DNA of 64,000 nucleotides from Pseudomonadota bacterium. GTDB lineage: Bacteria; Pseudomonadota; Gammaproteobacteria; Acidiferrobacterales; UBA6901. Shown here in pieces: positions 20,047 through 29,805 of this stretch; the first letter of the stretch is position 1, and the number at the start of each line of letters is the position of its first letter. A program made the translations under genes and the position numbers. Where the stretch lies: assembly GCA_021778035.1 (NCBI GenBank), contig JAJYCY010000002.1, positions 12,580-76,579 of the forward strand. The letters run 5' to 3'. The notes under the pieces were generated by a model that worked only from the letters and a program-made list of their open reading frames with translations, was not told where the DNA came from and did not search any database.

Positions 20047-20560
20047 CCCGCAACTGCCACGATTGCCGGGTGCCGGTACCCGCAGGGACGGCGCGCAGCG
20101 GAAACGCCGGCTGCCGCAGGGCAGCTTCAGACTGCAGGCGGACCCCGCAGCCCAGGGAAGCTTCGATTTCCGTGTGCCGGAGTCACACGTACAGGGATGT
20201 TGTGCCGGGTCTTGCAACCCGGAAACTCCGCCGGAATCGGCGGCCACGATCACACCCGGAATCCGGGACGCCGGAACCGCACCGGGTGACCGTGGCCACA
20301 GGTCAATGATTGACCGATCCCCCCTTTGCGCCTATATTTTTCCCATGTTTATCAATGCAGTGGGGCGGGGCGGTATTGCTGCCCGGGGGTTCGGTCATGC
20401 CGTGGGGTAGGAACATGACACCGGCCGGTGACCGGAGGAGGGACAACCCGGCTCCGGAGCACCGGCTTCAGTGCCACCGGTCCCAGGCACGTTGCACTAC
20501 TCCCGTGCTGACCACACACATTCGCGTTGCCGGCAGGCATGTGCAGCAACCTGTCCTCTT

Positions 20561-21880
20561 ATGACCACTCCCGGATCCGGTCTGCCTGAGGACAGGAGCG
20601 AGGAGCTTGCGCGGCAGCTCAACCGTGAATGCCACTGCATCAGCATCGACGCCGATGCCCTGCGGCGCGAGCTTGAGCGGGATCCCGAGAACCACGACCT
20701 CTATCACTCGATCATCGAGACCCGGCCGTACCTGTTCAGCGCCTCGGCGGTGTTCGTATCGCGCACAGACGTCGAGCGCATGGCGGCGGTGATCCGGTCG
20801 ATCGAAGAGGTCGTTGCACTGCCCGGCTACCGTGAAACCGTCCTCGGCTGGGCACCGGCCATTGCCCGGATCGATCATGGGCCGCGCGGCGTGTTCCTTA
20901 GTTATGACTTTCACATCGGTCCCGACGGACCGCGCCTGATCGAAATCAACACCAATGCGGGCGGCGCCCTGCTCAACACTGCGCTGGCGCGCGCGCAGCG
21001 CGAATGCTGCGACCCGGTCCGGCAGATGGCGACGGGTCCGATGGATCTAAAGCTCGCGGAGCAGGTCTTTTTCGACATGTTCGTTTCCGAGTGGAAACTT
21101 CAGCGCGGCGATGACCGGCTGGCCGTGGCGGCCATCGTGGATGACCAGCCGCGGCAGCAGTATCTTTACCCGGAGTTCGTGCTTTTCAGGGAGATGTTCA
21201 TCCGCCACGGACTGAAATGCGTCATCGCCGACCCTTCGGAACTCGAATACCGGGGTGGCCGGCTTCTGCACGCGGGACAGCACATCGATCTGGTATACAA
21301 CCGCCTCACGGATTTCGCACTCGAACTTCCGGCGCGGGATGCGCTGCGCACCGCCTATGCAGACGGCGCAGTGGTACTGACGCCGCATCCGCGGGCGCAT
21401 GCGCTTTACGCGGACAAACGCAACCTCTCCGTGCTTACCGACGCCACCCGCCTGGCTGCATGGGGTGTCCCCGAAGCCACCCGCCACATCCTGACATCCG
21501 GGATTCCCCAGACCACGCTGATCGGTCCGGAGCAGCACGACGACCTGTGGACCGGTCGTCGCCGGCTTTTTTTCAAGCCGGTTTCCGGCTACGGAGGCAA
21601 GGCAGCATACCGCGGTGACAAACTTACCCGGCGCGCCTGGTCCGAGATCGTCGCGGGCCAGTTCGTGGCCCAGGAGACCGTGCCGCCCAGCGAACGGCGG
21701 TTGCGCGTGGGCGGCGAGGAAGTCAGCCTCAAACTTGACCTGCGCAACTACGTCTACAACGGCTCGGTGCAGCTGCTTTCGGCCCGGCTATACCGGGGAC
21801 AGACTACCAATTTCCGGACCCCTGGCGGAGGCTTCGCTCCGGTGTTCATTCCGGATTTCTCGGCTGACACAGACCGCTGA
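20561..21880 (+). CDS. Hypothetical protein, ATP-grasp-like (circularly permuted / glutathionylspermidine-synthase-like) fold suspected
   Basis: 439 aa from ATG 20561. Contains FLSYDFHIGPDGPRLIEINTNAGG, FFKPVSGYGGKAAY and RNYVYNGSVQLLSARLY, which resemble ATP-grasp nucleotide-binding segments. The family call is from memory only. Confidence 0.45.
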   Translation: MTTPGSGLPEDRSEELARQLNRECHCISIDADALRRELERDPENHDLYHSIIETRPYLFSASAVFVSRTDVERMAAVIRSIEEVVALPGYRETVLGWAPAIARIDHGPRGVFLSYDFHIGPDGPRLIEINTNAGGALLNTALARAQRECCDPVRQMATGPMDLKLAEQVFFDMFVSEWKLQRGDDRLAVAAIVDDQPRQQYLYPEFVLFREMFIRHGLKCVIADPSELEYRGGRLLHAGQHIDLVYNRLTDFALELPARDALRTAYADGAVVLTPHPRAHALYADKRNLSVLTDATRLAAWGVPEATRHILTSGIPQTTLIGPEQHDDLWTGRRRLFFKPVSGYGGKAAYRGDKLTRRAWSEIVAGQFVAQETVPPSERRLRVGGEEVSLKLDLRNYVYNGSVQLLSARLYRGQTTNFRTPGGGFAPVFIPDFSADTDR

Positions 21881-21943
21881 GGCCGCGCGGACCGGCAGCA
21901 GACGTTCCTGCCGGGCATCGCCGGCGGCGTCCGGAACAAGGGC

Positions 21944-22387
21944 ATGTACAAGCGCAGCGCACGGATTCTCTTTGTCGGTCTCGGTCCCCGCGGACGCTCA
22001 CGCATGGCCCAGGGCTGGGCCGCTCACCTGGGCACCGGCCGGCTGCAGGCACGCGCTGCGGACATTGCACCCCAGACACTGCATCCGGGGGCGGTTACGG
22101 TCATGCGCGAAGCCGGTGTCGACATTGCACACCTGCCTGCCGTGACCCTGACGCCTGGCCTGCTCGCATGGGCAGATCTGGTGGTGACGGTCTGCCGGGA
22201 TGCGGACGAATCCTGTCCGGCGATCCCCGATGGGGTGCAAAAGAGGCTCTGGGCGCTGGAAGACCCCGTGGCCGGTCAAGGCGGGGCAACGCTGTCCGGC
22301 TGGCGCACGGTGCGTGACGACCTCCGTTACCGCATCGCAGGCATGATCGGCGGCATGAAGATGCTGGAACGCATGGATCCGCGGTGA
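21944..22387 (+). CDS. LMW-PTP/ArsC (thioredoxin-coupled type)-like protein lacking the P-loop nucleophile
   Basis: Aligns by eye to B. subtilis ArsC. ILFVGLGPRGRSRMAQGW sits where ArsC has ILFLCTGNSCRSQMAEGW. TVCRDADESCP keeps the Cys82/Cys89 equivalents, and EDP is retained. Confidence 0.65.
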   Translation: MYKRSARILFVGLGPRGRSRMAQGWAAHLGTGRLQARAADIAPQTLHPGAVTVMREAGVDIAHLPAVTLTPGLLAWADLVVTVCRDADESCPAIPDGVQKRLWALEDPVAGQGGATLSGWRTVRDDLRYRIAGMIGGMKMLERMDPR

Positions 22388-22438
22388 ATGCCGCCGGAAC
22401 GCAGTGTCCAGCCGGCCATTTTCGCGCCATATGCCAAT

Positions 22439-22488
22439 CGTTCATATTTCTGCAACATACATTCATCAAACTGTCATATAACCGTCGG
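22439..22488 (+). promoter_or_regulatory. Candidate tandem Pho boxes upstream of pstS
   Basis: CGTTCAT...CATTCAT-caaa-CTGTCAT-ataa-CCGTCGG. The last three 7-mers are on an 11-bp register; the first lies 21 bp further upstream. The region is A/T-rich and ends about 45 bp upstream of the pstS ATG. Confidence 0.55.
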
Positions 22489-22533
22489 ATGATACGGGCC
22501 GTCGCAAACCAATCCAAATTCGTGGAGAGCAAC

Positions 22534-23580
22534 ATGTCACAATCCTTGCAACTGAAAGGGCGTCTTCCAGCCGGCAAACTGGCGATGGTCGCCGGGGTTG
22601 CCGCCCTGGCATTCGGCCTGGCCACTGCGCATGCCGACGAAATCACTGGTGCCGGCAGCACCTGGGTATACCCGCTCGTGGTGAAGTGGGCTGCCGCCTA
22701 CCAGCAGAAAACCGGAATCCAGGTCAACTACCAGGGCATCGGCTCCGGCGGCGGCATTGCCCAGATCGACGCCGGCACGGTCGCGTTCGGCGCAAGCGAC
22801 ATGCCGCTTACCCCGAAGTACCTGCACAAGCACGGCCTTATCCAGTTCCCGACCGCCATCGCCGGCGAAGATCTGGTCATGAATATTCCCGGAATCAGGC
22901 CGGGCGAGATGATCCTGAGCGGACCGGTCGTGGCCAAGATCTACCTTCATGAAATCACGAAGTGGAACGATCCGCGCATCCAGGCCCTGAATCCGGGGTT
23001 GAAGCTGCCCAATCTGGACATCGCCGTTGTGCACCGTTCGGACGGCTCGGGCACCACCTTCACGTTTACCAATTATCTTTCCAAGGTAAGCCCCCAGTGG
23101 AAGCACAAGATCGGCGCCAACACGGTTGTGGCCTGGCCGACTGGTCTCGGCGGCAAAGGCAACCAGGGAGTCGCGGCCTACGTGCAGCGGATCCGCGGCG
23201 CAATCGGCTACGTTGAATATGCCTACATCCTGGAAAACCACATGACCTACGCCCGGATGTACAACCGGGAACACCGTCTGGTCAGTCCCAGCCTGGCGGG
23301 ATTCCAGGCGGCCGCCTCACACGTGGACTTCACCAAGGCGCATGACTTCTATGTGATCCTGACTGACCAGCCCGGACCGACCACCTGGCCGATTTCGGGC
23401 TGCACCTGGCAGATCCTGCGCACCAACGCGCCGAAGGCCTCGAACGAAAAGGTGGTCAAATTCTTCCGCTGGGGCTTCGAACACGGCCAGAGCATGGCGC
23501 GGTCCATTGCCTTCGGTCCGCTGCCACCCCCCACGGTCAATGCAATCAAGGCCTACTGGAAGAAGAATCTGGGTATTTAG
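22534..23580 (+). CDS. pstS: Phosphate ABC transporter substrate-binding protein PstS
   Basis: Internal ATG 22534 preceded by GGAGAG. Signal peptide (AMVAGVAALAFGLATAHA). Contains ITGAGSTWVYPL...YQGIGSGGGI...HRSDGSGTT. Confidence 0.95.
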   Translation: MSQSLQLKGRLPAGKLAMVAGVAALAFGLATAHADEITGAGSTWVYPLVVKWAAAYQQKTGIQVNYQGIGSGGGIAQIDAGTVAFGASDMPLTPKYLHKHGLIQFPTAIAGEDLVMNIPGIRPGEMILSGPVVAKIYLHEITKWNDPRIQALNPGLKLPNLDIAVVHRSDGSGTTFTFTNYLSKVSPQWKHKIGANTVVAWPTGLGGKGNQGVAAYVQRIRGAIGYVEYAYILENHMTYARMYNREHRLVSPSLAGFQAAASHVDFTKAHDFYVILTDQPGPTTWPISGCTWQILRTNAPKASNEKVVKFFRWGFEHGQSMARSIAFGPLPPPTVNAIKAYWKKNLGI

Positions 23581-23613
23581 TCCGGGCCTAAATGTGGCCG
23601 GATTCATTGTGCG

Positions 23614-23644
23614 ACGGGGCCGGTTTCGGCCCCGTTCTTTTCTT
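23614..23644 (+). terminator. Rho-independent terminator/attenuator after pstS
   Basis: ACGGGGCCG-gttt-CGGCCCCGT followed by TCTTTTCTT, 34 nt after the pstS stop. Confidence 0.65.
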
Positions 23645-23686
23645 GCTCCGCCCGCTTTGATATAACCTGCCCCGAACATTGATCTT

Positions 23687-24667
23687 TTGCCAAGACCCCT
23701 CCCGGGAGATTCCGTGGAAAAACCGCAATTGCTGTCGAGGTTGGCCCGTCTGTGGGATCCCCTGTTTAAAGGCACGACCGCCGTACTGGCCTACCTGGTG
23801 CTGGCGCTGCTTGTGGCAATCTGTGTTGCACTGCTGCATGAGGGCTCGCAGGCGTTCCGGACCTTCGGCTGGCATTTTCTCGTCAGCAAGGCCTGGGATC
23901 CGGCCAACAACCGCTTCGGCGCCCTGATACCGATATACGGCACCCTGATCAGCTCGCTGATCGCCATCGTCATCGCCGTGCCGGTCAGCTTCGGCATAGC
24001 GCTGTTTATCACTGAACTCGCGCCGCGCTGGCTGCGCCAGCCGGTTTCCGCCGCGATCGAGCTGCTGGCCGCCATCCCCAGCATCATTTTCGGGATGTGG
24101 GGCCTGTTCACCTTTGCCCCGTGGTTTTCAAACTACGAGCCGTGGATCAGCGATCACCTGGGATCGATTCCCGGAATCGGCGCGCTGTTCCGCGGACCGC
24201 CGTTCGGAATCGGCATGATGACGGCCGGAATCATCCTGGCCATAATGATCATTCCGTTCATCGCATCGATCATGCGCGAAGTGTTTCTGCTCACGCCGCC
24301 GATGCTCAGGGAATCGGCTTATGGTGTCGGCGCCACCACATGGGAAGTGGTCCGCAACGTCGTTCTGCCCTATACGCGGACGGCCGTGGCGGGCGGCATC
24401 TTTCTCGGCCTGGGCCGCGCGCTGGGCGAAACGATGGCTGTGACCTTCGTCATCGGCAACGCCCACAGCGTCAGCGCATCATTGCTCAATCCGGGCTATT
24501 CGATCGCCGCAGCGCTCGCCAACGAGTTCACCGAGGCCTTTTCGCCTCTCTATAAGTCATCGCTGATCGCCCTTGGATTCATCCTGTTCATCATAACCTT
24601 CGTGATCCTGGTGCTGGCCAAGCTGCTGCTGCTGCGGCTGGAGCGCGCGCAGGGCGAATCCACATAG
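23687..24667 (+). CDS. pstC: Phosphate ABC transporter permease PstC
   Basis: Multi-TM. Contains FGALIPIYGTLISS and the EAA-type loop (SAYGVGATTWEVVRNVVLP). The track start is a TTG, and a GTG at 23714 is an alternative. Confidence 0.9.
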   Translation: MPRPLPGDSVEKPQLLSRLARLWDPLFKGTTAVLAYLVLALLVAICVALLHEGSQAFRTFGWHFLVSKAWDPANNRFGALIPIYGTLISSLIAIVIAVPVSFGIALFITELAPRWLRQPVSAAIELLAAIPSIIFGMWGLFTFAPWFSNYEPWISDHLGSIPGIGALFRGPPFGIGMMTAGIILAIMIIPFIASIMREVFLLTPPMLRESAYGVGATTWEVVRNVVLPYTRTAVAGGIFLGLGRALGETMAVTFVIGNAHSVSASLLNPGYSIAAALANEFTEAFSPLYKSSLIALGFILFIITFVILVLAKLLLLRLERAQGEST

Positions 24668-24681
24668 GAGACGCGCGCACC

Positions 24682-25521
24682 GTGGACCTGCGCTACCTCA
24701 GACGTCGCGTTACGAACGTGTTCAACCTGGGCATGGCGGTCATGACCACCCTGCTCGGGCTGTTCTGGCTGTTCTGGATCCTGTACACCACAGCGCGCTT
24801 CGGCTATCACAGCCTCAATCTGCGCCTGTTCACCCAGGACACTCCTCCGCCGGGGGCCCCGGGCGGCCTGCGGAATGCGTTTGTCGGAAGCCTGATCATG
24901 ATCGGTGTCGGCATCGCAGTCGGCACTCCGGTGGGTGTTCTGGCAGGGACCTACCTCGCTGAATTTGCCGGGCGCAAGCGTATCGGTGAAATCGTGCGAT
25001 TTTTCAATGATATCCTGCTGAGCGCGCCCTCGATTGTCATCGGACTGTTCGTCTATTCGGTCACGGTTACTACAATGGGGGGCTTTTCCGGGCTTGCCGG
25101 AGGACTGGCCCTCGCCATTGTGCTGCTGCCAGTGGTAGTACGTACCACGGACGAGATGCTGCGCCTGGTACCCTCCACGATGCGGGAGGCGGCCATGGCG
25201 CTCGGGTCGCCGTACTGGCGCGTGGTGGTCCAGATCACCTACCGTGCGGCGCGCTCCGGGATACTTACCGGCGTACTGCTCGGCGTCGCACGCATCAGCG
25301 GCGAGACGGCGCCGCTTCTGTTCACGGCCCTCAACAACCAGTTCTGGAGCACAAATATCGCCAGACCCATGGCCAACGTGCCCGTCACGATCTTCCAGTT
25401 TGCCATGAGCCCCTACAGCGGATGGCAGCACCTGGCCTGGGCAGGAGCGCTCGTTGCGACATTCGCGGTGCTCGGGTTAAGCATTTTTGCGCGTTTCCTC
25501 ATCCGGCAAAGGAACAACTAA
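24682..25521 (+). CDS. pstA: Phosphate ABC transporter permease PstA
   Basis: 279 aa, multi-TM. Contains REAAMALGSPYWRVVVQITYRAARSGILTG. It lies between pstC and pstB. Confidence 0.9.
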   Translation: MDLRYLRRRVTNVFNLGMAVMTTLLGLFWLFWILYTTARFGYHSLNLRLFTQDTPPPGAPGGLRNAFVGSLIMIGVGIAVGTPVGVLAGTYLAEFAGRKRIGEIVRFFNDILLSAPSIVIGLFVYSVTVTTMGGFSGLAGGLALAIVLLPVVVRTTDEMLRLVPSTMREAAMALGSPYWRVVVQITYRAARSGILTGVLLGVARISGETAPLLFTALNNQFWSTNIARPMANVPVTIFQFAMSPYSGWQHLAWAGALVATFAVLGLSIFARFLIRQRNN

Positions 25522-26292
25522 ATGAGTGCGGTCTCGCCCGTTCCGAAGATCAGCGTACGCAACCTGGATTTCCACTATGGCAAGTTCCATGCGCTGAAGG
25601 ACATCAATCTCGACGTGGCACCCCGCGAGGTCACGGCTTTCATCGGCCCGTCCGGCTGCGGCAAATCGACGCTGCTGCGCGTGTTCAACCGCATGTACGC
25701 CCTGTACCCGAACCAGGTAGCCACGGGCGAGGTCCTGCTCGACCAGCAGAACATTCTGGACCGGCGCCAGGACCTGCACCATCTCCGGTCGCGCGTCGGC
25801 ATGGTGTTCCAGAAACCTACACCCTTTCCGATGTCCATCTACGAGAACATCGCTTTCGGCGTGCGCCTGCATGAACGCATCAAAAAGGGGGCGCTGGATG
25901 ACCGCATCGAGGCAGCGCTGAGGCAGGCGGCGCTGTGGGACGAGGTGAAGGACAAGCTCAGGCAGAGCGGCATGCGGCTGTCCGGTGGACAGCAGCAGAG
26001 ACTGTGCATCGCGCGGGCGATTGCGGTCAAACCCGACGTTCTGCTGCTGGACGAGCCGGCATCCGCCCTGGACCCGATCTCGACGCTCAAAATTGAAGAA
26101 CTGATCTATGAACTCAGGCAGAATTACACGATAGTTATAGTGACCCACAACATGCAGCAGGCCGCGCGCGTATCGGATTACACGGCTTTCATGTATCTGG
26201 GGGAACTGGTGGAGTTCGGCATCACGAACAAGATTTTCACCAACCCGAGCCAGAAGCAGACTGAAGACTACATTACCGGCCGTTACGGCTGA
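25522..26292 (+). CDS. pstB: Phosphate ABC transporter ATP-binding protein PstB
   Basis: Walker [10 protein letters not shown], signature LSGGQQQRL, Walker [13 protein letters not shown]-terminus YITGRYG. Confidence 0.95.
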   Translation: MSAVSPVPKISVRNLDFHYGKFHALKDINLDVAPREVTAFIGPSGCGKSTLLRVFNRMYALYPNQVATGEVLLDQQNILDRRQDLHHLRSRVGMVFQKPTPFPMSIYENIAFGVRLHERIKKGALDDRIEAALRQAALWDEVKDKLRQSGMRLSGGQQQRLCIARAIAVKPDVLLLDEPASALDPISTLKIEELIYELRQNYTIVIVTHNMQQAARVSDYTAFMYLGELVEFGITNKIFTNPSQKQTEDYITGRYG

Positions 26293-26311
26293 ATCCGGAG
26301 GAGCACAGGCC

Positions 26312-27031
26312 ATGGAACCGATTCACACCCACATCTCCCGCCAGTTCAACGCCGAACTCGAGGATATCCGTACCCGCGTTCTACAGATGGGGGGTATGGT
26401 CGAACGGCAGATCGAACGCGCCATCGAATCGCTGGTGAAAGGTGATGTGAACCTCGGCGAGGCGGTGATCATGGACGACACCAAGGTGAACGCGATGGAG
26501 GTGTCAATCGACGAGGAGTGCAACCAGATCATCGCCAAGCGCCAGCCGGCGGCAAGCGACCTGCGGCTGGTGGTGGCGGTGATCAAGACCATCACTGATC
26601 TCGAGCGTATCGGTGACGAGGCGGAGAAGATAGCCCGCATGGCCGTCCGGCTGGCGCAGGAAGAGCGGCCGAAGAACAACTACCTGGAGATCCAGGCGCT
26701 GGGAAACCGGGTGCAGCAGATGCTGCGGGATGCACTCAATGCCTTCGCGCGCCTGGATGCCACTGCCGCGGTCCATTCCGCCCAGGAAGACATCAAGGTG
26801 GACCAGGACTACGACGGCGTCATGCGCCAGATGATCACCTTCATGATGGAGGACCCGCGCACCATATCACGCATGCTGAACGTGATCTGGGCTGCGCGCG
26901 CGCTCGAGCGGATCGGCGACCATGCCAGCAACATCTGCGAGTACGTCATCTACCTGGTCAAGGGCAAGGACGTACGGCACATCAGTCTCGAGCAGATCGA
27001 GAAGGAAGTGCTCGGCGGGAAGAGCAGCTAG
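26312..27031 (+). CDS. phoU: Phosphate signalling complex protein PhoU
   Basis: 239 aa with duplicated PhoU repeats carrying E/DxxxD motifs (LERIGDEAEKIA and LERIGDHASNIC). Confidence 0.95.
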   Translation: MEPIHTHISRQFNAELEDIRTRVLQMGGMVERQIERAIESLVKGDVNLGEAVIMDDTKVNAMEVSIDEECNQIIAKRQPAASDLRLVVAVIKTITDLERIGDEAEKIARMAVRLAQEERPKNNYLEIQALGNRVQQMLRDALNAFARLDATAAVHSAQEDIKVDQDYDGVMRQMITFMMEDPRTISRMLNVIWAARALERIGDHASNICEYVIYLVKGKDVRHISLEQIEKEVLGGKSS

Positions 27032-27062
27032 CGGCGGTGGTCTGTCCGGGTGCGGCCGTGAT

Positions 27063-27293
27063 TCAGACGCGATGAACCGCGAGACCTTCGCTGCGGAGTG
27101 TATCCATGATGCGGCGCCGGATCAGCACCGGCAGATACTCCACGATTTTTGCCCCTGCCCTGAGTCTTGCCAGCTCTGATTCATAAAGCTGCGTCACCTT
27201 CCCCTCTGGCACGCCGCTTTCGCGGGAAATCTCCCGGATCAGTTCCTGATGGACAGTGCGATCCCTGTTACTCCCAATAAGGCCGGTCGACAT
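27063..27293 (-). CDS. Small conserved hypothetical protein (76 aa)
   Basis: Intact ORF with GC-rich third positions, convergent with phoU. The stretch ELIREISRESGVPEGKVTQLYESELARL...YLPVLIRRRIMDTL vaguely recalls DUF3562. Function unknown. Confidence 0.45.
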   Translation of the reverse strand: MSTGLIGSNRDRTVHQELIREISRESGVPEGKVTQLYESELARLRAGAKIVEYLPVLIRRRIMDTLRSEGLAVHRV

Positions 27294-27650
27294 GGCGCCT
27301 CCATGGTTGTTGATGTCCTGTTATCAGCCGGAAACGATTGCGGCGACATTCTACTCCGATCCCGCGGCGCCGGCGCGTCTCCGGCGGGACAGGAGGATCA
27401 GACTGAATTACCGTTTGTGAACAGCAAGAAAGGGTGTCATCATCATGCATTACTGCATGATTGGCTCCCAACTTCATGAGATTGCATACATAGCAGTGAA
27501 CTGGAATGATAATCGTGGCGGAGCAACCCGGTATCGGAGTGGCGACTTTCTGCAGGCAGGGTCATGACGAATCCCGAAATACCACGGTCATATTGACAGG
27601 ATATAATCGCTCGAGCGGCGTAGACTGTGTCCCGGAAAAGGCTGTAACCC

Positions 27651-29792
27651 ATGAGCATCGCAGAATCCGCAGTGGAGCCCGCCCAGCAATCCTCCCTCCT
27701 GTTCAACCGGGAACTCAGCCTGCTCGCATTCAATGGCCGGGTCCTCGACCAGTCCCTCGACCAGAGCACCCCGCTGCTCGAACGGCTGCACTTTCTGTGC
27801 ATCTCCAGCACCAACCTGGACGAGTTTTTCGAGATACGCAAGGCGCGCCTGCAGGAACAGGTCGCCTCGGGATCGGTGGATGCCGGGCCCGACAACCGCA
27901 ATCCGCAGGAACTGCTGCGGCAGATCAGCGACTATGCCCACCGGCTGGTGAACGAGCAGTACCGCATCCTGAACGATGTGCTCATTCCCGCACTGGAGCG
28001 TGACAACATACGCTTCCTGCGGCGCACCGAATGGGGTCCGGAAGCGACCGAATGGGTCAAGCACCACTTCGAAAACGAGCTGCTGCCCATGCTCACCCCC
28101 ATGGGCCTCGATCCGGCGCATCCGTTTCCGCGCATCCTGAACAAAAGCCTGAACTTTCTCATTACCCTCCAGGGCAACGACGCTTTCGGCCGGCACGGCG
28201 GCATAGCGATCGTGCAGGCGCCGCGCGCGCTCCCGCGAGTCATCAGGCTGCCCAAGGAGTGTGCCAGCGGACCCCATGCGTTTGTCTTCCTCACATCCAT
28301 CATCCATGCCCATGTGAATGACCTGTTTCCGGGGATGGACGTCACGGGCTGCTACCAGTTCCGGGTCACGCGCAACTCGGAGCTTTTCGTCGACGAGGAA
28401 GAGGTGCAGGACCTGCTGCGCGCCCTCGAAGGTGAACTTGCCTCACGCCGCTACGGCGACTCCGTAAGGCTCGAGGTCGCCGACAACTGCCCGTCCGACA
28501 TGACCGGCTATCTGCTGCGCCAGTTCGGGCTCGAGCCACAGGACCTCTATCAGGTAAACGGCCCGGTAAACCTCAACCGGCTCATGGCGGTCGCCGAAAT
28601 GGTGGACCGCCCGGACCTGAAGTACCCCTCGTTCACGCCCCGCATTCCGCGCCGCCTGACCCGCGCCAAGAACATGTTCGATGCCATACGCCAGGACGAC
28701 ATCCTGCTTCACCACCCCTTTGACTCATTTGCTCCGGTAATTGACTTCGTGCGCCAGGCGGCAGCGGACCCGCGTGTCCTGGCCATCAGACAGACGCTCT
28801 ATCGCACCGGACCCGAGTCTGCGCTGGTCGATGCGCTGGTGACGGCGGCACGCGGTGGCAAGGAAGTCACCGTGGTCATAGAACTGCGCGCACGCTTCGA
28901 TGAAGAGGCAAATATCGGCCTTGCCACCGTTCTCCAGGAAGCCGGGGCGCACGTCGTCTACGGCGTCGTCGGCTACAAGACCCACGCCAAGATGATCCTG
29001 GTCGTCCGGCGCGAGCGCGGCCGCCTGAGACACTATGTCCATCTCGGAACCGGCAACTACCATGACCGCACGGCGCGGCTGTACACCGACTTCGGTCTGC
29101 TGACCTGCGCGGACGCCGTCGGCGACGATGTGGACAAGCTGTTCCGCCAGCTGACCGGCCTCGGGCGCGTACCGAAACTCTCCACGCTGCTGCAGTCGCC
29201 CTTCGTGCTGCACCTGGAATTGCTGCACCGCATCGGCCGGGAAGCCGAGCTTGCCCGGAAAGGCCTTCCGGCACGGATTGTGGCCAAGCTCAACGCACTC
29301 ACCGAACCAAGGATCATACAGGCGCTTTACGACGCATCATCGGCCGGCGTGCGCATCGACCTAATCGTGCGTGGAATCTGCTGCCTGCGCCCGGGCCTGC
29401 CAGGGGTGTCGGAGCGGATCCGGGTATACTCGGTGGTCGGGCGCTTCCTTGAGCATACGCGCGTGTACTGGTTTCTGAACGCCGGCCGGGGACCGGTCGG
29501 CAACGCCGCAGCGGCCGATACCGAAATCGCACCCGCCAGCGGTGAGGTCTTGTGCGCCAGCGCCGACTGGATGGACCGCAATTTTTTCCGGCGCGTGGAA
29601 GTGGCGTTCCCGGTCGAGAACCAGAAACTGCATGAGCGCGTGGTGCGCGAAGCACTCAACTATTATCTGCGCGACAATACTCACACCTGGGAGCTGGGCG
29701 CCGATGGCAGCTATCGCCGCCTGAGCCCGGGGGACAGCGAGCCCTGGTCAGCCCAGACCCAGCTGATCCAGGAACTGTGCGAATCACGCTAG
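27651..29792 (+). CDS. ppk: Polyphosphate kinase 1
   Basis: 713 aa. Contains FNRELSLLAFNGRVLDQ, LERLHFLCISSTNLDEFFEIR, KTHAKMILVVRRE (the autophosphorylated His region) and tandem PLD-like C domains. Confidence 0.95.
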   Translation: MSIAESAVEPAQQSSLLFNRELSLLAFNGRVLDQSLDQSTPLLERLHFLCISSTNLDEFFEIRKARLQEQVASGSVDAGPDNRNPQELLRQISDYAHRLVNEQYRILNDVLIPALERDNIRFLRRTEWGPEATEWVKHHFENELLPMLTPMGLDPAHPFPRILNKSLNFLITLQGNDAFGRHGGIAIVQAPRALPRVIRLPKECASGPHAFVFLTSIIHAHVNDLFPGMDVTGCYQFRVTRNSELFVDEEEVQDLLRALEGELASRRYGDSVRLEVADNCPSDMTGYLLRQFGLEPQDLYQVNGPVNLNRLMAVAEMVDRPDLKYPSFTPRIPRRLTRAKNMFDAIRQDDILLHHPFDSFAPVIDFVRQAAADPRVLAIRQTLYRTGPESALVDALVTAARGGKEVTVVIELRARFDEEANIGLATVLQEAGAHVVYGVVGYKTHAKMILVVRRERGRLRHYVHLGTGNYHDRTARLYTDFGLLTCADAVGDDVDKLFRQLTGLGRVPKLSTLLQSPFVLHLELLHRIGREAELARKGLPARIVAKLNALTEPRIIQALYDASSAGVRIDLIVRGICCLRPGLPGVSERIRVYSVVGRFLEHTRVYWFLNAGRGPVGNAAAADTEIAPASGEVLCASADWMDRNFFRRVEVAFPVENQKLHERVVREALNYYLRDNTHTWELGADGSYRRLSPGDSEPWSAQTQLIQELCESR

Positions 29793-29805
29793 CCGCGCGG
29801 CGCCC

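Noticed and set aside
27586-27603. GGTCATA-ttga-CAGGATA, considered as a Pho box for ppk.
   Set aside because: The second half-site is a poor match to CTGTCAT. It is mentioned only within the ppk upstream-region finding and is not annotated as a feature.
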